64,000 nucleotides of DNA from Callorhinchus milii (Eukaryota): positions 51,462,001-51,526,000 of the forward strand of contig NW_024704742.1 of NCBI RefSeq assembly GCF_018977255.1, in the 5' to 3' direction. Shown here piece by piece: positions 23,941 through 37,263 of this stretch (within the stretch, counting starts at the first letter, position 1; every line of letters begins with the position of its first letter). Under the pieces are notes generated by a model. That model worked only from the letters and a program-made list of their open reading frames with translations, made no database searches and was not told where the DNA came from. Position numbers and translations under genes: made by a program.

Positions 23941-25629
23941 ATTGGCCCAGTGACACCCTCTAAAGGGCAACAGGGACACAATGGAGATGTGGGAATACAT
24001 TAATATTATGAAGTTTTGCGATTATCTTTGGGGATTGATGCAGATTCTTGTACAATCCATGGAAGAAGTGGTGCTTCTTGGGCCCGTTTGTTCCATAAGT
24101 TCTTATGTTCCTGGTACCAGCATCTTAGGATGCCTTCCCTTTCCGTAAAAGCAACTATATAAATGTAAATTTTGTTGTTATTGGCGGTAATGTTGTGTTT
24201 GGATCTGAATTCATAGATTGCTATTGAGAGCACTGGCTGATATGCTTCCCATTGCTTGTCCAGCTGCACATTAAGGCTTTGGCTTGCAGGGTTAGCAGGA
24301 GTGGAGTGGGAAGAATCCCTGCTCTCAGGATCCAGTACATCTCCAAGTCCTGCCGAGGAACCAGGTTGGTTTTATCCAAAGCCTGAAGTTTCGCCCACAA
24401 AGTATACAGTCACTCCATTTTACAGTATATTCTGTGAAGTGCTTTGAAATGTCTCAAAGATATGATAAGGCGCTATATCAAATACAAAGATTATTGTTAT
24501 TATTATTACTGCAAACCCACCTGGATTAAAAACAAATGCATCAGAAACACACTGCACCACAGAATAATACCTTGGTCCATTACAATGGAAAAAATACCAA
24601 ACAGAAGACAGGTTTATAGAGAAAAGCAAGGGGCATCTCTCATATACAGTACGCAAAGCAGCTACATAGAAAACACTATTGGTGGAAGCTGGGAAGTAGA
24701 TGCATGGTGTGCGAGACTTCAAAGAAGGGGAGAAAATAAGAAATCAGTAATAGAATAAAATGTCTGGCTAGACAATGACTGGAAATATGTCAATGACTCC
24801 ATAGACATATTTCCAACAGGAGCCACTGGATTGGATCATGTCATTGAAGGAGCGTTAGTAGTTTATAATCAGGCCTTGGAATAAAAAAATATAAATAGCA
24901 TTGAATTATATCATTATTCAAACTTATGCACAATTATTTATTTTGGCAACACATAAGCACGTACATTATTCAAATGAATGTTGGTAAAGGATGCTTTTGC
25001 CTATTATTTATTTTGATGAAACTAGTTCTTAGGATGAAAATGATACATTGAGTCCAATGAAACTGTTACACCAAACCTTGTGGGATTGACTTGAATGACA
25101 GAGATGGAATTCTTGTGAAAAACAACATCCAGGCAAAGAATTCTGTTTTTTTTTATCAAGGAAATGCATCAAACATTCACAGAGAAAGCAGCTTTATTTT
25201 GAGTGGTTATTTGAGTTTGTTGTAGACATTACCATGCTTTTGTATTTCATTGGCAGTGAATATGTATAGTCTGGTATACATGCTGAGATGCTGAGTACGT
25301 GCTATTTATACTATTGCCTGTAATTCATGGGAGTCAAAACATTTTATCTTGTGTGCACCATCTAATTTGCTTGCCACGCAGCCCAGAAGGCACGTGTAAG
25401 CAAGTACAGTACAAAACAAAACACCAAATTCAAGAAATATTTGTGGTTCCTGAAACAAAACAGCCTCATGCTGCTTTAATATACATTGCCAGATGTTCAT
25501 TGGTAGTACCGGCACATGAGCATTGCTCCCTACTGCAGATTTTACATCACAAAATGGGGTTCTGGTGTTTTATTCCATGGAACATATTTCATCACATAAG
25601 CGGTGCAATCATTACATTAGCTTTGCAGG

Positions 25630-26045
25630 TGTCAGCATGGCTCAGTTAGTAGCTCTCTCACCTAGAGTGAGAAGGCTGTGAGTTCAAGCACAACTCTAGG
25701 TTGACACGCCAATGCAGTGCTGGGGAAGTGTTGCATTGTTAGAAATGCCATCTTTAAATGAGCCGTTGAACCAAGGTCCCCGCTGGCTGTTCAGGTGGAT
25801 GTTAAAGATCCCATTGCACTATTCAAAAAGAGAAAGGAGTTTCTCCCAGTGAGTTGACTAATAAATCCCCCAAATAAATTTTGGTCATTCACTTCATGGC
25901 TGTTTGTGGGTCACTGCTGTGCGCGAATTGGCTGCTGGGTTTGCCCACAAACACACAGGAAATCCACCTCACAGTAATTCCTGTAAAGCACTTTGGGATG
26001 TCCTCCAACGTGAAAGGTAGTATATTCAATGCAAGGTTTATCGCC
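25630..26045 (+). mobile_element. SacSINE1-like DeuSINE, full length
   Basis: tgtcagcatggctcagttagtagc head, Deu domain, L2-type tail. Confidence 0.88.
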
Positions 26046-26389
26046 TTATTATACCATTGATACTGAAATGATAGTACAATACAAATTATAATACAATACA
26101 TATTTACATTTATGTAGCACTTTTCTATCACTGAACAGGCAACTTTGCTCTTAGCTTCCACCTCCCCACCACCACCAATTTCACTGCTGTTGTCTGGGTC
26201 ATAGTATTGTTTCCTGTGTGGACACAACAATCATTCATGCTTATATCGTGCCTTTACAGGAGGAAGAACCTCTCAAAGTACTTTACAAAAACTGTGTACT
26301 TTCTAGCACCTTGGGACGTCTTCCCAACATGAATGATGCTATACAAATGTAATTTTGTATTATATTGTGTGGGAGTTTGGTGCTGTGGC

Positions 26390-26700
26390 AGGGAGGAAAT
26401 GGTGGATGAGTGATATGGCCAAAAGCACAGTCCAGGACTGAGATCATCAGACAGGATTTGAAAGCAGAGAAAGGAGTGAGATGGAAGGATTTAGGAAGAG
26501 AGTTCCAGAGGAGGGGACAAAATGGCTTGAAAGCTTGTCTGCTGATGGTGAGACGGAGCAGGCTGGGTGTATGAAACAAGCTGGTGGGGAGGGAGTGCCA
26601 AGAGATGTAGAGTTACAGGATCAAACAAAAAGTGGGTTGTACAAATCCATGGAGGGGGTGAAGAATCTCAAAGTTGATCTGTTGGGGGATAGGGAGCCCT
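26390..26700 (-). mobile_element. L2 3' fragment
   Basis: Reverse strand reads AF...CPLLWNSLP, similar to 45250-45400. Confidence 0.7.
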
Positions 26701-27369
26701 AATCTCTCTGCTTAACTTTGAAGTTGGGATGTCCTCCCAACGTGAAAGGCACTTATAGAAATGTAATTTGTTATCATTTTCTGTAGTTCTTAAAATAATT
26801 TTTAACAAAATGCTTTAAAATTAAGACTGCGTTTAGGAAGTTACAACTTCTGGATGTTCTAAAATAGTAAGTCAATAGAGTAATTCTAGACCCAGTAGGA
26901 ATTTCTACTCCATAAGATCAATGGACCATTGTGAACAATGATCTAAAGCAAACGTCCAGGGTTTTGGCAGGGATCAGATACATCTCTCGAGTAGACCAAC
27001 AGGAATCAGATACCCCTGTGCTTGATCTTAAGTCATTTCATTATTTGAAAATGAAGCAATAATGTGGATGCAAATATTTCAGAGAATGTCCATCGTATTC
27101 AACTGGATACAATGGCTAAAATGTGAAAGCAAATCTTCAGGCACAACTTAACCATTGTCATGTTAACACAATGTTCCCCATACTCTACCACATTAATTTG
27201 ACACAGGAGAATCATTATGGACCTGAATTGAACCATATATTTCTTTAGGAATTTATAGTAATTATAAGTCTGTCCAATCTGAGACTTTCAGAGTTATCAG
27301 TCAATCAGTTACACTGAGGCAGTTTCAATATCCTGTAGTGTAGATTGATGCTGATGCTTTACAAGTGAA

Positions 27370-27675
27370 ATAATAATAAATAATCCTTGCATTTGGCATA
27401 TCGCCTTTCATGTCAGTAGGACATCCCAAATCACTTCACAGGATTTACTGCAAAGTCTAATGTTTGAGTATTTGTAGGCGAACGTGGGAGCCCAATTGCG
27501 CACAGCAAAATCCACAAACAATCATAAAAAATATGTTTTTGTTTCACTGGGGGAAATTGTTGGCCAGGGCACTTGGAGAAACTGCCTTTTTTTTTCTAAA
27601 AGGTCCATGGGATCTTTAACGTCCACCTGAACAGGCAAACGGGACCTTGGTTTAACATTTCATCCAAAGGACGGA
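27370..27675 (-). mobile_element. DeuSINE 3' two-thirds
   Basis: ccatgggatctttaacgtccacctgaacaggca plus the tail. Confidence 0.85.
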
Positions 27676-28804
27676 GTTGCAAAGTTTGCAGGACTTGGTA
27701 TTTTATTTTGATTTCAATGGAGGAAATTTAACTGCTGTTGACTATTGGAAAATGAAATCTCTCCTTTCTGGTTCAATGACCTCTAAGAACCTTGTGTAAT
27801 AGTTTGAATGCAGTGCCAAATGGATGATAGAACAAGATAGAGATAACAATTAATTTATCCTTTTTCCATTCATTTTGTGCCAAGAGCATTCAGTTCAGCT
27901 GCTTTCATTCAGGATGTGCAAAAGGATTCTTTTGCAGCTATCATGGAAAGTACAAACGGAAGTTTCTCACTAATAAACATATGAACCGTGTTCCAAAGAA
28001 TTTTCATACAAAACAAAAACATCTTCGGGAAAGTCATCATCCCACTCTTTTGAAGGATGTACTTTAGGGATGTTACATCATTACAAAGAGAAACATCTGT
28101 TTCTAAGATGCTTTTCTACACCTCTGTCCACTCCAGAATACAGATGCGTTTTGGCTCTTAATGGAGGGTTTTGGTTACAGAAATTATCAAAGTACAATCT
28201 AAGGCATTGGCTGTAAGAAGCAAGACATAACCCCACTTCAAAATGCAGAGACTAAATTGGCCCCTATGGATTAATATGCAAACAATCTGTATTTTGTTGA
28301 ATTGACATCATTTCTGGGAGCAGGTTGAGCTGACCCTATTAAAAGACACATGGTGCAGATTTACGGAGACATGATTAGAGACAATGTGTCACTATGTTTG
28401 CCTGCTGCCATTTTCTTTATCCGGTTGTCAGTCTCCCCCCCCCCCCCCCCCATCAGAACTGTGGGTGGGAAGAGGAGTGGGGCGGTGTAACACTGATGGC
28501 TGGAACCAGAGCAATGAAGTTTTTTTAAAAAATGTGTTTGAGATTTAAGACTTAGTCGTGTTTTAATCGGAGGAAGAGGAATTCAATTTTGAGTGCTCTA
28601 GTCTTCTAATGTGCCCAATTCTATCTGCTCTTCTAGTGGGAGGAGGAAAGGGGCAGAACTATCTGTTCCTTGATGATGTGATTGAAGAGATTTAGCTGAT
28701 TTCTTCTAGTCTGTTGGGTGGAAATATCTTGTCCCTGATTGATGGGTTACTGGGGAGATATGGCTGATCCCTGCTGGGTAAAGGTATCTGGTCCTAGACT
28801 ATAT

Positions 28805-29086
28805 AATAATAATAATAATAATAATAATCCTTGCATTTGATATTGCCCCTCATCACATCTTTGAAATGTCTCAAAGCACTTCACAGATAATAATAATAAT
28901 AATCCTTGCATTTGATATAGCGCTTTTCACGTCGGGAGGATGTCCCAAAGCGCTTCACAGAACACACTGTAAAGTGAATTGACTGTATATTTGTGGGCGA
29001 ACGCGGCAGCCAATTGCGCACAGCAATGTCCCACAAACAGTCGTGGATTGAGTGACCAATCACTCAATCCACAACTGTTTGTGGGA
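28805..29086 (-). mobile_element. Two tandem young SINE 3' fragments, the second with a fold-back 5' end
   Basis: (TAA)n-ccttgcatttgatat starts at 28805 and 28887; hairpin at 29029-29086. Confidence 0.9.
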
Positions 29087-29569
29087 TACTGGGATATTAA
29101 TTTTTTTATATATGTGTGACCCAGTGTGAGACTCAAACCCACAAACTTCTGACTCAGAAGCGAGAGTGCAACCAACCGAGCCAGGCTGACAACATTAATT
29201 CTGACAGGAGGATGTGAAAGACTAATTATAAGGGACAAAATAAAGAAGAGACACACACACAAAAAAAGAGATAAAGGAAATTTTCCTTGCACCTCAGGGA
29301 CCTGGATCTGGATCCAGCCAAAACAATGCATCAAAATCTCTCTGTTTGTTTTCTCTGAAGGCCAATATGGATTTGGAGTGAAATCAGTTGGGCCATTTTC
29401 AAATTCGTCTCCATGGACCTAAGTCCACAGCTGTATAAAACTGTTCTATCAAAATTGGCACTAACCAATGCTGAAAAGTTGCTTGTTTTCAAATTTTTGA
29501 AAGGGTTTTGAGAGGATAAATGGCGAAACTTTACTTCCTTGGGTAGGTCAATTAGTACCAAGGGAATAT

Positions 29570-29780
29570 CAACTCGAGATTATCACTTGAAGAAATAAGG
29601 GGAAGGTTAGATGAAATATTTTTATGCAGATGGTTGTTAGAACATGGAATGCTTTGCCATAAATGATGATTGAAGCTCAGATCAGAACAATATTTAAAAA
29701 GGAAATCGATAAATATTTAAAGAGAAAACAATATAAAAACACAGGGAAGGAACAAGGAATTGGGGTGAGTGTTTAGCTCC
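29570..29780 (+). mobile_element. CR1 ORF2 C-terminal fragment
   Basis: tttttatgcagatggttgttagaacatggaatgctttgcca reads F.Q.VVRTWNALP. Confidence 0.75.
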
Positions 29781-30004
29781 AGTGGAGGAAAGGCTACTAG
29801 CTTCCTCCAGGACTCTTACTCCAAATGCCAGAAAAGTTCTCCTGTTGAGATTCGCTTGTGTTGGTTTCCATGACTAAATCTTCCACATAAATGAAAGGAT
29901 TATGGGAAGGATTGAGATCCTGACACTAGCTCCCTGTTTAGTATTGCAGCACTTCTGATCTGAGGAGTTTGATTTATCCTCACAAATAGAAACTGCAAAT
30001 GTTA

Positions 30005-30323
30005 TAATAATAATAATCCTTGCATTTGATATAGCGCTTTTTCACGTCTTCTAGACGTCTCAAAGCGCTTCACAGAATATATTGTAAAGTGAATTGACTG
30101 TATATTTGTGGGCGAAACGGGGCAGCCAATTGCGCACAGCAGTGTCCTACAAACAGTCGTGGATTGAAAATGACCAATTTATTATTGTTTTTGTTTTTTG
30201 GAGGGATTATTATTAGGCATGCGGAGTGAGGAAACTTGCCCAAGGTATCGCCCTGCCTGGAATCGAACCCAGGTGTCTTGCTTGCAAAGCGAGTGCTCTA
30301 ACCACTGAGCTACAGGACTCCAC
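30005..30323 (-). mobile_element. Full-length subfamily A SINE
   Basis: Reverse complement of the 6519-type element, B box GGTTCGATTCC. Confidence 0.95.
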
Positions 30324-33300
30324 ATATTCACTTGAGCACTTGGTCACTAGACTCAGGCTGGGTTTGCCCTGCAGAGAGGCCATCCAGTCACTGGACTTGC
30401 TCGGGTGTTCATTAAGACATGGTTCAGATCTGCATTGTCCTTTGATAATTTGGGGTCTAGAAAAGTTTTGGGGGATTGTGACTTGTCTGTGAGGACAACC
30501 CTCATTTTCTAGTGGAATGCGATTCCACTAGGGAACGAGGATGGGGATGAGCAGGCCTAATCTCGCTCATTTCAAAAAAAAGTTTAAGCACCTTGGGACA
30601 CCATTGTGTTACATTTAAAGATGTTGCAGAATTTATGAACATTCTTACAATCAGACTTACTATGAGACCTGGTTTATTGCAGTTCTTTTTAAGAAAACTG
30701 GCTTCCAAATTAAGATTGAATTCAAGACTAAAATTCACAGGGTTTTAAACTTTTGTCAAGACAATTTTATCAAGACTAACACATTTTATTCCTTGATCTA
30801 TAAATTGACTGATGATCAAAGAATCTCTGCTGAAATATCTGTTTCATATTCTATACTTACTTTTACATTCTGTTGAATTTACTAAAAATAAAAGGTGATT
30901 ACTCTGACATTTTCCTACCAGCACAAAGAGCATCAGCCACAGCAGGTGCAATGTTCAGCTGCCTTCCTAATGGAACACGGTTTTTATTATAATAATTACT
31001 AATAATCCTTGTATTTGATGTAAGATTTACTGTAAAATTGTAAAGTGTAGTGACTGTATTTTGTGGGCAAATAAAATAAATCAACTGTGGGTTTCAAATT
31101 CAGCTCACAATTGGAAGAGATTATTTTCCATTAACAGTTTTAAGGTAGACAACGGTAGATAATTATGTTAGATTTGCATTGGGAATGTTTTCATCAATAC
31201 TAAATAATCAGCCAACTATGACACTGTAATACTTGCAATGTACAGTGCAGTGGCATCGGGAGATAGCAAGATGAAATGAGATTATAATGAGAGACAGTGA
31301 GTACCATCACTCTCTTTGAGCTCCCATTATAAACACATAATAGAATATTTCCTACAGATAGTAAAGAGCACATGTTCATCTCCATTATAACATTTCTGCA
31401 AGAAAGATAGTTCTGAATTTATTAGTTTCATAGCACATCCTGCCACGTGTATATCATTGGAATGCTTCAGGCAGAAATGGTTATGTAATGCATTGAACTC
31501 CCAATTCTGTAGAAGTTACACTGTTTACACCAGCAGCAAGATCAAATAAACCCTGGTGTTTGTGACTTTCAATTCTGGCTACTGTCCCTGTCCCGATGTT
31601 TGATGTACTGAGCCATCCCTTGGCCAGAAAATAATAAGGGCTTGCGCCTCTGGATGGAGCAGGAAGCAGTCTTTACGGTGTAGCCTCTGGTATTTCTGAC
31701 ACTGGAAGCATTGAGTAAAGAGCGTTTTTTATGAGTGTCTTAGCATGTATCCCTCACATACTTACAGCTCTACTCCTAAAGCCAGAGCTGTTGCCAATGG
31801 CAGGGCTGTGAGTAAATTTGACTTTAGCTATGGTATTACATTGCACTTCACTAAACCACATACCACGCTGTGCACACAGATGCTTCTTAATTGCCTCACT
31901 CTGTTTCACTTCAGCTATTACTTTATCAGACATTAATTCAGGATCCACGTGTAATCTGGCTATTGACTACATCTTAAAATAATAATAATTGCATTTGATA
32001 TAGTGTTGTATCACTTCATTGAGACGTCTCAAAGTGTTTCACAGCATTTTGACTGTGTATTTTGTAGGCTATTTACAAAGAAAGAAAGATGTTGAGATTT
32101 TGTATTATATGTAGACAATTTTAGACACACTTCCTTTATGTGCTTTCAAAGATGTGAAGCACAACAAATGGGCAATAATTTGTAGTATTTGTCAATGGGA
32201 TTTCTTAATAAATAATCCAAGGCCGTAAATAAGGATTTCTTCTGGTAACCGGAAGTACGTCGCACTCACCTATGGAAACTGTGCTCTCACGCAATTTATT
32301 TCAGGAGATTCAACAGAAATTATAATCAGGAATTACTGAGGAATCCTGCTAGGAAATTCTGCAAATTAGACCCCAGAGTTCATCTAAGGGGCATTTTCAG
32401 GCAGCATTCTATGTTAGAAAGCAAAGGTTGTTAGCAACTTTTCATAGAGAGTTTGGGAAGAGACTGAACATGCTGTTTTACAATACAATTTTACATTTTC
32501 ACCATATGCTTGGTGTTTTGGGCATGATAGAAGTCAAGGAAGAAATGACATGTACTTAAAAACTGTTTCTTGTCGAACTCCTATTGACTTAAAATTGACA
32601 TCACTGAAATAACCCACCCCAGGAGAGCAGGACAAAGGATCTGTGCCCATGGCAATTTACAGGCTCAGTTCACATCCTGACATGGGACCTGAACCTTCTG
32701 GTGAAGAGGCACAAGTGCTACTAACAAAAGCCAAGCCCACATTAGAGTTGCTACCACCAGCCAGTGCAACATTCAAATAAATGTCTTAAGAGGTGCAGTT
32801 ACATAGAATCATATAGTTACTTATAGTGATGGGAATTGAAACAGGCCATTCAGCTTAACTAGTCCATGCTGATGGTGATACTTCACAGAACAACCATAAC
32901 AACAGCTTGCATTTATTTAGCACACTTCATGAGCTGTAACATCTCAGAACATTTAACAGTGGTGGACACAGAAAAGGGAAGATGACAGTAGGAAAGGTTG
33001 AAGAAGAAGATCTTCAGGTGAAGGATTAAGGAGACAGTACTAGATTTCAGGAAGTAGTGACTAAAACATGGTTGCTGCTGGTGGAGCAGAGGAGATGAGG
33101 GACATGTAGAATGTGAGCCCCTACCTCTCCTATATCCTCTCCCACATTGCTTCCTTCTCCCTGTATGCAGTGCAGTTTGTACAAGCAGATATTGGCCAAT
33201 ATTTCCATTAGCATTTTAACTTAATAGAATGCTGCTTTAGGAAATAACAATGAATACATCATGGAAGATTGACTTATCTTATTATTTTGCTGCAAAGGTA

Positions 33301-35599
33301 AAAGTTCCTTTAACTGACATACAAGTAAGGGCAAAAGAACAGCATTTCATCCAAGAGAAAAAATTACTTTTGAGATTAATTTTGACAAGTCTTCAACAAC
33401 CGCGAAAAATCTGATATGACTCTAGGCCTGTCATCAGTATCAAAACATTCACCGGGTATCAGCTTTTCAAATCGCGCTTGTGTCCTGGGAATGCCAATTG
33501 CAATCCGCACATTCCTCCAGTACAACAACATGCTAACTAAGCTTTTACATACCAGACACATCCAGATATATGGCTTTACATGCACACATTTTACCAGTGC
33601 CAAAAGGACGACAAATCTGTTCATTCTCACAGCACGACCAAGGTCTTCATAGGGTCATCTGTGAAATTGACACAGATGTTTTCTGGGTGAACACAGAGGC
33701 AATGGGAATTAAATTCCACCACTGCCACCCTTAACCCTGTGGCTGTGTCCATACATCCATTGCAGAGCATTCTCGCACAGGGCCGGTCTCGTTAATCACA
33801 ATGACAGTCACAGGAAGTATGGATAAGCTCGATGTGGAATGCAAAAAAAATCCTTGGGATAAGAAGCCATGTGGTATTTCTTGGGTTAAAGAAAGGAGCT
33901 TTAAACACCAAGCTTCTGTTGTATATAGCTGCTGCTGGTCCAAAGGTACCCAAGAGGTTCTGGTTTCTTAGACTTGTTGCAAAATGGAATTATGGTGTAC
34001 TTAATAGGCGAAAGCGGCAGCCAATTTGTGCACAGCAATGTCTCACATACAGTCATCAAGTTTTATTTGGGGTTGTTGTTGGCCAGGACAGTGGGAGAAA
34101 CTCCCTTCTCTTTTTGAATAATGCTATGGGATTTTTAATGTTTACCTGAACAAACTTGGCTTAACGTCTCCTTCACAGGACAACGCCTCTGACAAAGCTT
34201 AGACTATGAGTTCAAAATCTGACATCAGGCCCAGCCATTAAAATATATTTATCTTTGCTACTAAGATAATAAACTGATGTTTGCTCCATTTCTGCCTGGC
34301 CCGGTAAACGATTATGTGTGTTTCAATACCTTGCTAATATCTTGACCGAGGAAAGAGTAATGTATCTCGTTGTCATGAAAATAACGCAACTTTAAATAGA
34401 GTGCTTCCTTCAACTATTTTAGGAAATATTTCCCTTTTCCATCACTGTCAGCTCTCAAGCAATCATTTCCAAAAATGACCCTGGAAACATCCGATAATGG
34501 ATGCCTTTAAATGATCTCTCAGCATTGAGCCTTATGCTGTGTTTATTCAGAGCACAGATGGGTAACAAGAAGGAGTTCAGAATACTAAATTTGTTGTCAA
34601 TTTAAAAATATATGTTGTGAGAATCTGGAAGGACAATATCACAGGAAAAATATCTGATTTTGGAAGGAATTCTGGCACACCATTGATAATTTCAGTGGCT
34701 CGTGAGTGGAGCCAGGATGCAGAACAGAAAAATAAGTCAATTATAAGGTTTGCAACGACCTTGACAGATGAGGAGCATTTCAATTTCTGTCCCCATCCTT
34801 CATCCATCTGTGAAGCACAAAATGCTATGAGATGTGTCAATATTCCAGATTCATTGGTTATTCACATCTCTCAGGGGAGTTTATCCTTCAGAAGGCATTC
34901 CTGGCTTTCCCTGTGAATTATTTGCTGTAATAAATTGCACACGTTAGGCTTCTTGCTCCACTTTTCTGATTTCTCTGATGCTAGACATTTTATTCTCACC
35001 AGTGTTACAGCACTTTGGGAAGTCCTCCCGATGTGAAAGGTGCTATATAAATGCAATTTGTTGTTGTTGTTGTTGTTCTCTCTTCCCCCTCCTCATCTGA
35101 ACGTTAACTTATTATCGGGGTCTGATCCTGCGGGTACCAGTTGCTTTCCAGAATCCTGATAAAGCGATAATTGTTCCTGGAGTAAAGTTGGTGGTGTTTC
35201 AAAACTATTGCCAGCATTAATTAACATTCACTAGGAGGCACCTCAATCCTTCTGGTAAATGGTTTATCTCTTCTCAGATCCAAGCATCTGTTATTTTTAG
35301 TTTGGAAGCAGTGAGTGTTATTATACATTGCATGCCCTTGAGCAGCCGAGAGAAGTTATTAAACCCGTTCAAATGGTAAAAACTAACCTTTTGGCTAGGG
35401 AGAGTAGAGATTTCACTCCCCCTAAGCAAATCGTTCACAGAAAATATATATATATATATATTAAGCGGGGATAAAATAGCTTAGGCTTTTTTTTTAGGGC
35501 ATACAATTTTACAATAACTTTTACCTTTTTAATAGAAATAGCAAATGGCTGGATCTTAAAATGGAAAAACTACTTATGCTGCCACCTTTTAGATACAAC

Positions 35600-35840
35600 A
35601 ACGATAACAACTTCAACAATAACAACTCATGCAGGGTAGCGTCCCGGAGCGCTTGACAGTGGCGGAGCACAAAGCTGAGCCAGGGGGAGGGGTGAGGTGA
35701 CCACAGGCATGGTTGAAGAGGAAGGTCTTCAGGCACGATCTGCAGATAGGGAAGGAGGAGGCAAGGCAGAGGGATAGAGGAAGGGTGTTCCAGAATTTCG
35801 GGATGTAGTGGCACCGATGGAACGGAGGGCACGAGGGACA
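35600..35840 (-). mobile_element. L2 3' fragment
   Basis: (CAA)n tail followed by purine-rich reverse complement of the L2 3' region. Confidence 0.65.
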
Positions 35841-35934
35841 AGTAAGAGGCTGGACCTATTGAGTCGAGTGGATGTTAATTAATGCCAGAGATACTTTGGA
35901 AATGTTGCAGATTTAACCACATATCTCAGCCTTG

Positions 35935-36172
35935 ACCATCAGTCATAGGGCCAATATAATCAAACCCGATCCTTTCCTCATACATCAACACTTCCAACAA
36001 GGAATCCTAAGTGGGAATCCTGGCTGAATATTTGTTTCCTAACTCGACAGTGCTGAGGCCAACCTCTGCCCAGGCTGACATCAAATACCTAAGCATAGAT
36101 CAGACCAGGAAGAGCTTCCTGGTGTGACCAGTTCAGGAACTCATGGGATAAATTCAATGAGCTGTCGAGAAG
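35935..36172 (-). mobile_element. LF-SINE-like relic
   Basis: cacttccaacaagg...gtgggaatcctggctga...gtgctgaggccaa...ggctgacatca...agcatagatc...cttcctggt matches the remembered LF-SINE reverse complement. Confidence 0.65.
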
Positions 36173-36877
36173 CTTCGACTAAATACACCTATTAAAATGT
36201 CGATGCTTGGAAATATGCTGACCTGATATATACTAAAACCGTTGAAAATAAATTAACAGAAAAAGGACATTTTGAATAAATTTATATAATCCCTCCTTTA
36301 ACTAATGAAAGCCAATGACAATGTTGACATGACATTTATGATCTTTGAGAAGTGCTGGAACCATTATATGGGTTCAACTTTGTATTATTTCTTACACGGA
36401 TTCCTTATTCAGTTAAGAAACCTGGATATTTGTATTGCTGAGTTGTGGGAATTCTCTAACTCTATATATTTTCAGAACAGAGTTCCCTGTCAGGATGATA
36501 TAGGTGACATACATCTGGCTACAGGAAGGAGTCCCCACTCAGATTTAGTTACCTGCAATATTGACTGTGATTGAAAGCTAAATAAAAGGCATTTTATAGA
36601 TAAATTTAATTAACAAAGAGACTGGTACAATATCATGGTTTCAATAAGCAGGGATCAGAAAAGGCATCATTGGCCAGTATTAACGTCTTATGTTTATATA
36701 AACATACTAAGGACTGAATCCAAAGATCATTTCATCTGACCTGTTGGCGAGAGGGCCTCATGCTTCTAACATATTTGGTCATTTAAGTTTTAATTATTAT
36801 CTTTTTGAACCAAAGTACAGCCCGATTAGATTTATTTGTTTTACCAAATCAAATTTAAGTTGCCATCAAAAGCATCT

Positions 36878-37263
36878 GTAGTCCTGTAACTCAATGGTTA
36901 GAGCACTCGCCTCACAATCGAGAGACCTGGGTTTGATTTCTGGCAGGGCGAAATGTTGGGCAAATTTCCTTACTCCACACGCCCCTGTTCACCTAGCAGT
37001 AAGTAGGAACCCGGTTATTAGTCAGCTGATGGATTGCTTTCCCAGAGGTAATAATTCCTTAAGAAAAATAATAATAAATTGGTCACTTCAATCCACGACT
37101 GTTTGTGGGACACTACTGCTGCCTGTTTCGCCCCAAAAATATATGGTCAATTCATTTCACAGTATATTCTGTGAAGCGCTTTGAGACGTGATAAGGCTGT
37201 TGCCACTGTTTCTAGAAGACGTGATAAGGTGCTACATCACACGCAAGGATTATTATTATTATT
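36878..37263 (+). mobile_element. Full-length subfamily B SINE
   Basis: tRNA head, cacctagcagtaagtaggaacccgg block, Deu 3' block, tail. Confidence 0.92.
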
